A DNA stretch of 32,000 bases from assembly GCF_900232105.1 (NCBI RefSeq), contig NZ_LT934425.1, forward strand, positions 3,690,001-3,722,000, in the 5' to 3' direction. Under the pieces are notes generated by a model. It ran no database searches. It was not told the origin of the DNA and was given only the letters and a program-made list of their open reading frames with translations. Below are positions 8,153 through 16,030 of this stretch, piece after piece; position 1 is the first letter of the stretch; each line of letters starts with the position of its first letter. The translations under genes and the position numbers were made by a program. This DNA is from Candidatus Kuenenia stuttgartensis. GTDB taxonomy: Bacteria > Planctomycetota > Brocadiia > Brocadiales > Brocadiaceae.

Positions 8153-9368
8153 TCATACATTGTATAGAAAAGTCCTTGTAATGCTGCTTGCAGGGGGCAA
8201 AGGGGAAAGGTTGTATCCGTTGACAAGAGACAGGGCAAAGCCCGCAGTCCCTTTCGGCGGGATTTACCGCATTATAGATTTCACCTTAAGTAATTGCATT
8301 AATTCAGGATTAAGAAAAATATGCGTTTTAACACAGTATAAGTCTTATTCATTAGACAGGCATTTACGGGTAGGTTGGAATATTTTCAATACCGAGCTGG
8401 ATGAATTTATTGAAAATATCCCTCCTCAAAAGAGAACCAACGAAATGTGGTATCTGGGAACTGCCGATGCGGTATATCAGAATATATATGTTCTGGAAAG
8501 TGAACGCCCTGAGATGGTATTGGTTTTAGCAGGCGATCATATATACAAAATGGACTATGCTGAACTGATAAATTACCATATCACAAATGAAGCGGATCTG
8601 ACGGTTCCCTGTATTGAGGTGCCGTTGGAAGATGCTACTCGGTTTGGCGTAGTAGCCATAGATAATGATTCCCGTATCATTGATTTTGATGAAAAACCTT
8701 CGAATCCCAAACCACTTCCCACAAATCAAAATGTCGCCCTTGTTTCCATGGGCATATATTTGTTCAATACCGAGGTGCTTGTAAGGCGCATAATAGAGAA
8801 TGCAAAAAATGACACTAACAGAGATTTTGGGAAAAATATTATTCCAACTATGATTCAAAAAGACCGGGTGCTTTCATTTGTTTTTAATGGCAATGAGCAT
8901 AACACGTCTAACTATTGGAGAGATATTGGCACTTTAGATGCATATTGGGAGGCGAATATTGATCTGGTTAAAAAAAACCCCGACTTTGATCTTTTTGATA
9001 ATAGGTGGCCTATCCGAACATATAATAAGCAATATCCTCCCGCAAAATATATATTCGAAAATGAGAAAAACGGAATGATAAAAGATGCATTGATATCAAA
9101 TGGATGCCTGATCAATGACGCCAGCATCGTGAAATCCATTATATCTCCCTGCGTTACAATCGGAGCTCAATCATCAGTGATAGGTTCCATTATAATGGAA
9201 GGTGTAAGAATCGGGGAAAACGTTAAGATTAAAAATGCAATCATTGATAAACATGTAACAATACCGGATGGGATGAAAATGGGATATGATTTGCAGGATG
9301 ATGGAAAACAATTTACGGTAACCGAAAAAGGCATCGTTGTTGCGCACAAGGAAATGCATCTGATATGA
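8136..9368 (+). CDS. glgC: glucose-1-phosphate adenylyltransferase (ADP-glucose pyrophosphorylase)
   Basis: 410 aa with LAGGKGERLYPLTRDRAKPAVPFGGIYRIIDFTLSNCINSG, which is the canonical GlgC N-terminus, plus C-terminal left-handed beta-helix repeats. Confidence 0.93.
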   Translation: MIKPFDHTLYRKVLVMLLAGGKGERLYPLTRDRAKPAVPFGGIYRIIDFTLSNCINSGLRKICVLTQYKSYSLDRHLRVGWNIFNTELDEFIENIPPQKRTNEMWYLGTADAVYQNIYVLESERPEMVLVLAGDHIYKMDYAELINYHITNEADLTVPCIEVPLEDATRFGVVAIDNDSRIIDFDEKPSNPKPLPTNQNVALVSMGIYLFNTEVLVRRIIENAKNDTNRDFGKNIIPTMIQKDRVLSFVFNGNEHNTSNYWRDIGTLDAYWEANIDLVKKNPDFDLFDNRWPIRTYNKQYPPAKYIFENEKNGMIKDALISNGCLINDASIVKSIISPCVTIGAQSSVIGSIIMEGVRIGENVKIKNAIIDKHVTIPDGMKMGYDLQDDGKQFTVTEKGIVVAHKEMHLI

Positions 9369-9418
9369 AACATCCATGCCGGTGTTCGACTGTAATGTTT
9401 ACGCTGAATAGTTACATT

Positions 9419-9742
9419 TTATTTTCGGTCTTGATTTTTTTTGTAATGAATGTTGGATGGTGAGTAACCGTTTGCTTGCAGAAAATGGAGAAGTTTTTTA
9501 CTTGCCTTCTGTTCTCTTGAATAGTCTGGCAGCCAGAATTTTGTGGTATCAATCCCGCTGACGGTTTTGTTCCTGGAATTTATAACGTAAGTTTTTTGTT
9601 CAGAAGTAGCACTCTGGTATTTGACAAGGATGATACCGTCATTCGGGTCAAAATCGACTTCAATACGCATACCCTCATCGTCGTATATCTTTCCAATAGC
9701 CTTCACTATATCAACTAATTCATCCAAAGAGTTTCTCTTCAT
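9419..9742 (-). CDS. hypothetical protein (107 aa)
   Basis: This is the only sizeable ORF in a 940-bp gap and it runs convergent to glgC. Its amino-acid composition is balanced and looks like a real protein. I see no SD and recognise no family. Confidence 0.45.
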   Translation of the reverse strand: MKRNSLDELVDIVKAIGKIYDDEGMRIEVDFDPNDGIILVKYQSATSEQKTYVINSRNKTVSGIDTTKFWLPDYSREQKASKKLLHFLQANGYSPSNIHYKKNQDRK

Positions 9743-9867
9743 ATTTTATAATGCAGCAAAAAGCTGCAACCAAAAAGAATTTAACCACGAATCCGCCTTA
9801 CCTACCCACAAAACATAAAAAATCTTTTAGAACCCAACCTAACTGGCATGGACGGAACCAAACAAGG

Positions 9868-9916
9868 ACGAAATACGAAACACGAAATACGAAATTCTAA
9901 GTACGAAATACGAAAC
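9868..9916. repeat. tandem heptanucleotide array (ACGAAAT/ACGAAAC x6 with one divergent unit)
   Basis: The units read acgaaat acgaaac acgaaat acgaaat tctaagt acgaaat acgaaac. Related arrays occur at 13393-13413, 13499-13522 (inverted) and 31003-31030. Confidence 0.85.
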
Positions 9917-9927
9917 AAATTCCATAA

Positions 9928-9990
9928 TCCACCCCTGCACCCCCGCCAGCGGGGGACATTCTGCCTCCTTTGTAGGGGATTAGGGGGAGG
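9928..9990. repeat. GC-rich palindromic repeat module
   Basis: tccacccctgcacccccgccagcgggggac...tgtaggggattagggggagg resembles the ccacccct/aggggattgagggg modules at 5901-5969 and 27759-27826. Confidence 0.6.
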
Positions 9991-10229
9991 ATATTTAGGA
10001 TTTCACCAGTAAATATTTTGCCAAAAAATGCAAGGAAATTACCTGCTTAATTCTCATTGCAATTGTACAGGAATCTTCATTTTATGAAAGCGTTTTTATA
10101 GTGGTGTTTCCAGAAGTCAAAGATTGAGGCAGGCATCAAAAAATTATAGCAAAAGTCATGCGGAGAAAGCGATGTTACGGTTCTTTACACGATTGGCGTG
10201 ATTTGAATGCAAAAAATAATAAATAATAA

Positions 10230-10257
10230 TTGACAATATTGTTTTTTATTATACAAT
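10230..10257 (+). promoter_or_regulatory. sigma-70-like promoter of the porin-like gene
   Basis: TTGACA (10230-10235), a 16-nt spacer, then TACAAT (10252-10257). The predicted transcription start is near 10264, just before the TGAGTCTCA palindrome. Confidence 0.45.
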
Positions 10258-10271
10258 CCTAGACGTGTGAG

Positions 10272-10284
10272 ATTGAGTCTCAAT
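10272..10284. promoter_or_regulatory. conserved palindromic box ATTGAGTCTCAAT (copy 1 of TGAGTCTCA motif)
   Basis: Perfect 6-1-6 palindrome. It lies 14 nt downstream of the -10 hexamer and 14 nt upstream of the SD GGAGG (10299-10303). Confidence 0.5.
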
Positions 10285-10309
10285 ATAGTTTTTAGGATGG
10301 AGGTGTGAT

Positions 10310-11785
10310 GTGAGGTATGTGTGTTTAATTGTTGTATTTGGAGGTATAGGGGTTTTTACTCCGCAGGCATTTGCCCAATCAGGAGATACGGAAATGTTAA
10401 ATAACCGTGTGCAGGCGCTTGAAAACCAATTACAAGAGATTAAGGAACTATTGAAAAACCAAGTATCGAGAGACATGCAGAAAGATGAAGAGATTGCTGA
10501 CTTGAAAAAACAATTAGCTGCGCAAGCGGATGTGGTAAGTAGTAAGGCAGAGAGTGTTCCTGCGGCTTATGCGGGCATGGATGATCAACAAATCACTGCA
10601 GGACAGGAAATGGAAAAGGACTTTTATCTGGCAAAAAAGAGTTCTGAAATGGTGGATAAAGACCTTGGGTCTGCATTTGGAGGGGTTTACACAAAGCCCT
10701 TTTTGAGACGATTCGGCAGGAATACGTATCTTGGAGGATATATGGATTTTGAATTCAGGGCGCCGGAAGATGAAGACGCCGCACACGGGTTTACCCAGAA
10801 AAGATTCATACCGTTTATCTATTCAGACATATCTGACCGTGTAAAACTGGCGACGGAAATTGAGTTTGAGTTCGGCGGCGTTGGCGGCGGCAGATCCGGC
10901 GAAGTGATTCTTGAATTTGGAACTATCGATTTCCTGGTAACCGAATGGATCAACTGGAGAGGCGGCTATCTTCTTACGCCTTTAGGAAAGTTTAATCTTG
11001 TCCATGATTCTCCGATACAGGACCTCACTGACCGACCACTTGTTAACCAGTTGATTATTCCAACCACGCTTACCGATCTGGGGATGGGCTTTTTTGGCTC
11101 GCTCTATCCAACGGAACTGAGCAAGCTCAATTATGAAATTTATGTTACGAATGGTGCGTTCAGGGGGCTGGATAAAGATGGCGATATAAGTATCGGAGAA
11201 ATGAACGGATTAAGAAGCGCAAAGGGGGGGTATAATAATGATAATTATAATAAAAGTCCCGCCGTTGTCGGGCGTGTTTCTTTTAGTCCGTTCATCGGGC
11301 TCGATTTGGGGGGATCTGCGTATACAAGCAGGTATGACGAAAATAACAATAACCAGTTGACCATTTCCGCCCTTGATTTTACCTATCAAAGGGGTGCATT
11401 TGAATTCCTGGGTGAGGGCGCATATGCATTTGTTGAGACGGATGATTTTGCAAAGGATTCAGGGATTACTGATGATATGTGGGGATATTACCTTGAGGCT
11501 CGTTACCACTTTATGCCGTCTTTCCTGAGAAACATGTCCCCAACACTGTTTGGCGATAATTCAACATTTACCGGAGTAGTGCGATGGGATCAGGTGCAGA
11601 CGGCAGGCAGGGATGATGATTTTGCAAAAGTCCATTGGCTGAGATCGAGGGTTACGCCGGGCATTAATTACCGGTACACAGAGGACACGGTATTTAAACT
11701 GGATTATCAAATCAACATGGAAAATAAAGATATGCCTGACGAAGCAAATAACGCATTTCTGTTTTCTGTGGCAACATATTTTTAA
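10310..11785 (+). CDS. outer-membrane beta-barrel porin-like protein with N-terminal coiled coil
   Basis: 491 aa with a GTG start 6 nt after GGAGG. It has a signal peptide (VFGGIGVFTPQAFAQ) and a heptad coiled-coil segment (LNNRVQALENQLQEIKELLKNQ). Alternating aromatic and Gly-rich strands end in a C-terminal ...FSVATYF, the terminal-Phe signature of outer membrane proteins. Confidence 0.8.
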   Translation: MRYVCLIVVFGGIGVFTPQAFAQSGDTEMLNNRVQALENQLQEIKELLKNQVSRDMQKDEEIADLKKQLAAQADVVSSKAESVPAAYAGMDDQQITAGQEMEKDFYLAKKSSEMVDKDLGSAFGGVYTKPFLRRFGRNTYLGGYMDFEFRAPEDEDAAHGFTQKRFIPFIYSDISDRVKLATEIEFEFGGVGGGRSGEVILEFGTIDFLVTEWINWRGGYLLTPLGKFNLVHDSPIQDLTDRPLVNQLIIPTTLTDLGMGFFGSLYPTELSKLNYEIYVTNGAFRGLDKDGDISIGEMNGLRSAKGGYNNDNYNKSPAVVGRVSFSPFIGLDLGGSAYTSRYDENNNNQLTISALDFTYQRGAFEFLGEGAYAFVETDDFAKDSGITDDMWGYYLEARYHFMPSFLRNMSPTLFGDNSTFTGVVRWDQVQTAGRDDDFAKVHWLRSRVTPGINYRYTEDTVFKLDYQINMENKDMPDEANNAFLFSVATYF

Positions 11786-11902
11786 TAAAACATTTAAGGA
11801 ATTTACATGAAACGCTGATGGATACCGTTTTGTTTGAGCAATGAATATTCGATTTGCAAATGTTCAGAAAAACCGGCGTTTTTGTGAGAAGGAGTAAGAT
11901 TT

Positions 11903-13330
11903 ATGAAAGGAAAAGTGCTTGTTTTAGGGGGAGGCCCATGTGGCTTGTCTGCCGCATGGGAATTATCCAAACATGGATATAACGTTACTGTGCTGGAGAA
12001 GGGCTCAAAAGTGGGCGGATTGTGCATTACCAATGAATATAACGGTTATCGGTTTGACCTTGGCGGGCATAGGTTTATTTCTAAAAACAGGGAACTGGTA
12101 GAAGATGTTCGCACAATGATGGGAAGTGAACTTTTGACATCGTCGCGGAAAAGTGTGATTTTGCTGAAGGGAAAGGTCTTTGAATATCCCCTTTCCGCAA
12201 AGGATATATTCCTGAAAATGGATATGTGGACAAATGCAAAGGCATTTATGTCTTATCTTATCGCTGCATTTTCACGTATGTTCGTTCGCAAAAGGGAGGT
12301 GTCGTTTGAGGATTGGATTGTGCGTCGTTTTGGACGTACTCTTTATAATTTGTTTTTTGGCCCTTATACCGAAAAACTGTGGGGCATATCGCCCGGGGAG
12401 ATTTCCTCCGACTGGGCATCACAAAGAATATCACTATTGAATCTAAAGGACGTCCTTTTTCATCTCCTTAAACTGAAGAGGAGGACGCCGAGAACCTATG
12501 CAAAGGGATATTATTATCCCAAAAAAGGCATCGGGCAGATGTTTGATATTATGGGTGGTGAAATAGAAAGTATGGGTGGCAGGATCGTCCTGAATGCAGA
12601 GGTCGTGGGTGTGAATATAAACAACGATGCGATAACCGGCGTGCGGTATCTGAAAGATGGCGTGGAGGAAACGATTGATTGTGATGCGGTGATTTCCACC
12701 ATATCATTGCCGGATCTGATTAATACGTTTCCGGCACATTTGACTGCTGGCATGGAGAAACATATATCTCTGCTGAAATTCAGGGCGGTTCGTTTCCTTA
12801 ATATTCTGGTGAATCTTCCGGATATAAGTGAAAACACATGGATGTATGTGTCCGAAGGAAAATACATCATGACACGCATCCAGGAACCAAAGAGAAGAAG
12901 TTCCTTCAGCGCCCCGGAGGGAAAAACGTCCATAATGCTTGAAATCCCATGCAATGAGGGTGATGAAATTTGGAGTTGCCCAAAGGTGGATTTGCTGGAG
13001 AGATGTTTGAAAGATTTAAAAGACCTTGGCCTCGATATAAGGGATAAGGTCGTCGATTATTTTACCACCGGCGTGACTCACGGATATCCTGTTTATACCC
13101 TTGATTACGTGGAGCATCGCCAAAAACTCTTTCAATTTTTAGAAAGATATGAAAATATAATCACGTGCGGCAGGCAGGGGACTTTCAGGTATATCTTTAT
13201 GGATATTGCAATGGAAATGGGAATTGCCGCTGCCCACCATCTTATGCTGGATACAATGTCGAAGAAGGATGCTATTCATCACATGCGTTCTGAGGATGAG
13301 CTTATTGAAGTAAGCTCTGTGACATCCTAG
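11903..13330 (+). CDS. FAD-dependent oxidoreductase (amine-oxidase / protoporphyrinogen-oxidase-like fold)
   Basis: 475 aa with an N-terminal Rossmann motif VLVLGGGPCGLSAAWELSKHGYNVTVLEKGSKVGG and FDLGGHRF. The SD AAGGAG lies 8 nt upstream. Confidence 0.88.
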   Translation: MKGKVLVLGGGPCGLSAAWELSKHGYNVTVLEKGSKVGGLCITNEYNGYRFDLGGHRFISKNRELVEDVRTMMGSELLTSSRKSVILLKGKVFEYPLSAKDIFLKMDMWTNAKAFMSYLIAAFSRMFVRKREVSFEDWIVRRFGRTLYNLFFGPYTEKLWGISPGEISSDWASQRISLLNLKDVLFHLLKLKRRTPRTYAKGYYYPKKGIGQMFDIMGGEIESMGGRIVLNAEVVGVNINNDAITGVRYLKDGVEETIDCDAVISTISLPDLINTFPAHLTAGMEKHISLLKFRAVRFLNILVNLPDISENTWMYVSEGKYIMTRIQEPKRRSSFSAPEGKTSIMLEIPCNEGDEIWSCPKVDLLERCLKDLKDLGLDIRDKVVDYFTTGVTHGYPVYTLDYVEHRQKLFQFLERYENIITCGRQGTFRYIFMDIAMEMGIAAAHHLMLDTMSKKDAIHHMRSEDELIEVSSVTS

Positions 13331-13344
13331 GCGTTTAGCGCCTC

Positions 13345-13372
13345 GACATCGACAAAATTTTGTCGATATGTC
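13345..13372 (+). terminator. palindromic hairpin just after the oxidoreductase stop (possible terminator)
   Basis: gacatcgacaaaattttgtcgatatgtc has a 16-bp perfect palindromic core, cgacaaaattttgtcg. There is no clear downstream T-tract. Confidence 0.3.
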
Positions 13373-13392
13373 AAAACGTTTAAATTCTAAAA

Positions 13393-13565
13393 TCGAATAT
13401 CGAAATTCGAAACAATACCGAAACTCAAAATTAAAATGTTCAAAACTAAAACCAAGATGTGTGTCCGTTTGCTGTGACCGTAAAACCAGCCTGTTTCATA
13501 TTTCGTGCTTCGAATTTCGTATTTTTATTCCTGCTTGTCTGGTTCTGGCTATACCAGCTTGGAGT
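13393..13565. repeat. mosaic intergenic repeat with inverted heptamer arrays and GCTTGGAG terminus
   Basis: tcgaata tcgaaat tcgaaac (13393-13413) and, in reverse orientation, acgaaat tcgaagc acgaaat (about 13499-13522). The aaattaaaatgtt module is shared with 31037-31050. The terminus ctggctataccagcttggag is shared with 19093-19112 and 31176-31186. Confidence 0.7.
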
Positions 13566-13605
13566 AATTTAGTTAATGTTAATAGTGCAAGGGTGTATAA
13601 CGTAA

Positions 13606-15273
13606 ATGGCAGAGCAAAATCTGACAGCTATCAAAAAAAAAGAAAATTTATTAAAGGGAAACATGTTTCCATTATGTGCAGTTGCACTATGTCTTGTGAC
13701 AAGACTGTTGTTCTTTGGTAGATATGTTGACGAGTGGGATAGTGTTAACTTTGCCTTTGGTTTGTCAAAGGGATACGATATTTTACACGACCAGCCGCAT
13801 TTCCCGGGGTACCCGGTATACATGTTTTTTAGCTGGATAGGGTATAAGATTATCGGTTCTGACATTAAGGCATTGATTTTTTCAGGTATTTTATTTAGCA
13901 GCATGGCGGTATTTCCCCTGTATGAACTGGCAAAACGGATGTTTTCCAAAAATGTGTCAATACTTGCTGTCATTTTATACATAGTAAATCCGCAAATATG
14001 GTTGCAGGCGGAAAAACCACTCTCTGACGCCTTTGGCTTATTTTTTGTGATTACTGCTGTTTTGTTTTCTTATCTTGCGTTAGAACGGGTGGCTATTTCA
14101 AAGGATATTCCGGAATATCTGGAGAGGAATGAAAATAATGCTTTGACATATCTGGCCTTCAGCGGGTTTCTGCTGGGTTTGGGGATTGGCGTAAGGGTTA
14201 CATACCTCGCGTTAGCCCCTGTTATGCTTTACGTGGCTTTTCTGTTAAGGAATATCTTTTCTGTCCGAAGGATTGTCGCATGGGGCGGCCTTGGTTTTGC
14301 TGCCGGGGTCTCGTCATGGCTGGTCTATCTGATAATACATTTTACCCCTGGCAAGTTCTTTAAAAAATTTTTACGTCATGCTGAGTACCATTTTTATGAA
14401 GACGGCAATTCTATTGTTACAACAGACAGTTTTTTTGAAAGGGTGCATGATATCGCTTACCGTTTCATTGCCCATTGTATGGGGCTGTGGTGGCAGGATG
14501 CGTTTTTACTGCGCGTAGTGCCTACAATTATTGTGGTAGTCTCTCTGGTGTATTTCTTTAAAAAGGTGAAATGGTCTGAAAAGATACGGTTTTTATCGGT
14601 AGTTTTCCTCTTTTATGGTTTATGGGTTCTTTTTATTCAGGATGCTATACGTCAGATCATGGTGCTTGTTCCTTTTCTGGCAATGGTGATAAGCGCCGGA
14701 TTGCTTTATTTTTATACGTATTATCTGAAGAATAAAAGATACGGAAGAATATCCTTTTATCTTATGACAGGGGTATTTATTTTATCACATGCGGTTGACT
14801 CCGTGAGGATTGTATCGATAAACAGGGATATAAAACCTCCCTCTGTTTCGCAAATAGACTATATAAAAGAGAATTATAAAAAAGAAGATACTAAATTCTA
14901 CTGTCTGAATGACTGGCGGCTGTTCCAGTATTACGCCCCTGAATGGTGTGACAGGAAAAACACTCACGTATATTTTGTCTCACATATGAATGGGGTGAAA
15001 AATGACTTAAAACGGCTGAAGAAGAAACCGGAAAATGTGCTTATCTCCTCAAAACTTTTTGGACGCCACAAATATGCAGACAGGTTGAAGGAACTGGCAG
15101 TATTTGAAAGAGACGTTTATGGAGTTGCAGATTATAACTTGCTTGCATTGTATCGCTTTGAAAGCAAGGCGAAGATAAAAGAGCCTGTGGAAAGGAGAGA
15201 TCATTCAAATAGACAAGGTATTGTTGAAGAACAGGAGGGCATGCCGTTGGTAAAATTTGATGAAACAAGATAA
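13606..15273 (+). CDS. GT-C fold glycosyltransferase (family 39/83-like, ArnT/PMT-type) integral membrane protein
   Basis: 555 aa with about 10 or more hydrophobic segments. The first-loop acidic motif YVDEWDSVNF is comparable to the DE motif of PMT/ArnT enzymes, and there is a soluble C-terminal domain. Confidence 0.78.
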   Translation: MAEQNLTAIKKKENLLKGNMFPLCAVALCLVTRLLFFGRYVDEWDSVNFAFGLSKGYDILHDQPHFPGYPVYMFFSWIGYKIIGSDIKALIFSGILFSSMAVFPLYELAKRMFSKNVSILAVILYIVNPQIWLQAEKPLSDAFGLFFVITAVLFSYLALERVAISKDIPEYLERNENNALTYLAFSGFLLGLGIGVRVTYLALAPVMLYVAFLLRNIFSVRRIVAWGGLGFAAGVSSWLVYLIIHFTPGKFFKKFLRHAEYHFYEDGNSIVTTDSFFERVHDIAYRFIAHCMGLWWQDAFLLRVVPTIIVVVSLVYFFKKVKWSEKIRFLSVVFLFYGLWVLFIQDAIRQIMVLVPFLAMVISAGLLYFYTYYLKNKRYGRISFYLMTGVFILSHAVDSVRIVSINRDIKPPSVSQIDYIKENYKKEDTKFYCLNDWRLFQYYAPEWCDRKNTHVYFVSHMNGVKNDLKRLKKKPENVLISSKLFGRHKYADRLKELAVFERDVYGVADYNLLALYRFESKAKIKEPVERRDHSNRQGIVEEQEGMPLVKFDETR

Positions 15274-15330
15274 GAAATAATTGCTTAGCCGCATCCGTTA
15301 AGGGACTAGGTATTTTCTATTATACCGTAG

Positions 15331-15386
15331 CAGTTTACAGTTTACAGTCGGCTGTAGGCAAATTGCAGATTGAGGGCTGAGGACAG
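15331..15386. repeat. heptamer/inverted-repeat module (cagttta x2 ... caaattgcagattgagggctgaggac)
   Basis: Close match to 19017-19066 (caatcta x2 cagtcgg caaattgcagattgaggactgaggac). Confidence 0.75.
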
Positions 15387-15414
15387 AGCTTCTCAAAAGG
15401 GGAATATAAAAAGT

Positions 15415-15444
15415 TTGACTCTTGGAACGATGCGTTCATAAAAA
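15415..15444 (+). promoter_or_regulatory. candidate promoter for 15481 gene
   Basis: TTGACT (15415-15420), an 18-nt spacer, then TAAAAA(T) (15439-15444). The SD GGAAGGAG lies 8 nt before the ATG. Confidence 0.3.
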
Positions 15445-15480
15445 ATGAGATTTTTATTTATTCAGGAAGGAGTGTGAAAG

Positions 15481-15900
15481 ATGGTAAAAACGTTTTATTT
15501 GTCGTTGTGTTTTGTATGTGTTACAGGTGTGCTTGCTTCTTTAAGCGAGGTAAAGGCACAGTCCGTGGGTGGCGCGAGCGTCTCCGGCACGGTAACCAGC
15601 GAGCAGAATGAACCGGTAAAAGACGCAAATGTAGTATTGAAAAATAAGAAGACAAAATTCAAAGACAAGGGTACTACTGGAACAAACGGTGAATACGAAT
15701 TTTCCAATCTTGATGCAGGAAAATATAAGCTAACCGTAAAAAAGTCAGGATATTCAAATGGGAAAAAGAGTTTTAAGCTTAAAGATGGACGGGAAAAAAC
15801 GGTTGACATTACGTTGAAAACAAAAGAGAACGGAGGCGGTAGTGGTTCCGGTAATGGAGGTGGAAGTGGGGGAGGTTCTGGTTCCGGAAGTGGCGGCTGA
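15481..15900 (+). CDS. small secreted carboxypeptidase-regulatory-like (Ig-like beta-sandwich) domain protein with Gly/Ser C-terminal tail
   Basis: 139 aa with a signal peptide (...LASLSEVKA|Q). The pattern VSGTVTSEQNEPVKDANVVL...TNGEYEFSNLDAGKYKLTVKKSGY is typical of the CarboxypepD_reg fold. It ends GGGSGSGNGGGSGGGSGSGSGG. Confidence 0.8.
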   Translation: MVKTFYLSLCFVCVTGVLASLSEVKAQSVGGASVSGTVTSEQNEPVKDANVVLKNKKTKFKDKGTTGTNGEYEFSNLDAGKYKLTVKKSGYSNGKKSFKLKDGREKTVDITLKTKENGGGSGSGNGGGSGGGSGSGSGG

Positions 15901-15937
15901 TAAAATGTCTCTCAACATGGCAGTATACTTAAGGGCG

Positions 15938-15970
15938 GCACAGACAAACAAAGTTTGTCTGTGCTTATCT
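15938..15970 (+). terminator. rho-independent terminator-like hairpin
   Basis: gcacagacaaac-aaa-gtttgtctgtgc (12-bp perfect stem, 15938-15964) followed by ttatctt. It is nearly the same hairpin as 31273-31297. Confidence 0.55.
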
Positions 15971-15998
15971 TAAAAAAATTTTAAATTATCTGTGAGAG

Positions 15999-16007
15999 TG
16001 AGTCTCA
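15999..16007. promoter_or_regulatory. TGAGTCTCA box, copy 2
   Basis: Context gtgagagTGAGTCTCAgtat, compared with copy 1 gtgagatTGAGTCTCAatat. It lies 10 nt upstream of the SD GGAGG (16018-16022) and the ATG at 16031. Confidence 0.5.
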
Positions 16008-16030
16008 GTATTATCAAGGAGGAGTATTTT

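Noticed and set aside
903-9377. Antisense or alternate-frame ORFs nested in the strongly supported + strand genes: 903..1166, 2048..2383, 2548..2904, 2802..3062, 2815..3066, 3228..3425, 4087..4386, 5392..5595, 5680..5871, 6698..6979, 7118..7378, 7452..7670, 8023..8238, 8526..8858, 8912..9139, 9167..9377
   Set aside because: Each lies entirely or almost entirely (5680..5871 runs about 100 nt past the glgA stop into the intergenic region) within a CDS that has clear family motifs on the opposite strand or in another frame. Their Ile/Phe/Ser/Leu-rich, low-complexity translations are what is expected from the antisense of AT-rich coding DNA.
9868-9916. Possible CRISPR array, considering all the short tandem repeats
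   Set aside because: The units are 7 nt long and directly abutting, with no unique spacers. There are no 24-40-nt repeats at regular spacing and no cas genes in the window.
12514-12954. 146-aa minus-strand ORF antisense to the FAD oxidoreductase (also the + strand alternate-frame ORF 12234..12440)
   Set aside because: It is nested in a CDS with a canonical Rossmann motif and has no independent signals. It is an artefact of long, stop-free antisense frames.
13368-13721. 117-aa + strand ORF, and the 137-aa minus-strand ORF at 13569..13982
   Set aside because: The first is translated almost entirely from the heptamer/palindrome repeat region (low-complexity KLK/NSK/RNS text) and then runs out of frame into the GT-C gene. 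The second is antisense to the start of the GT-C gene.
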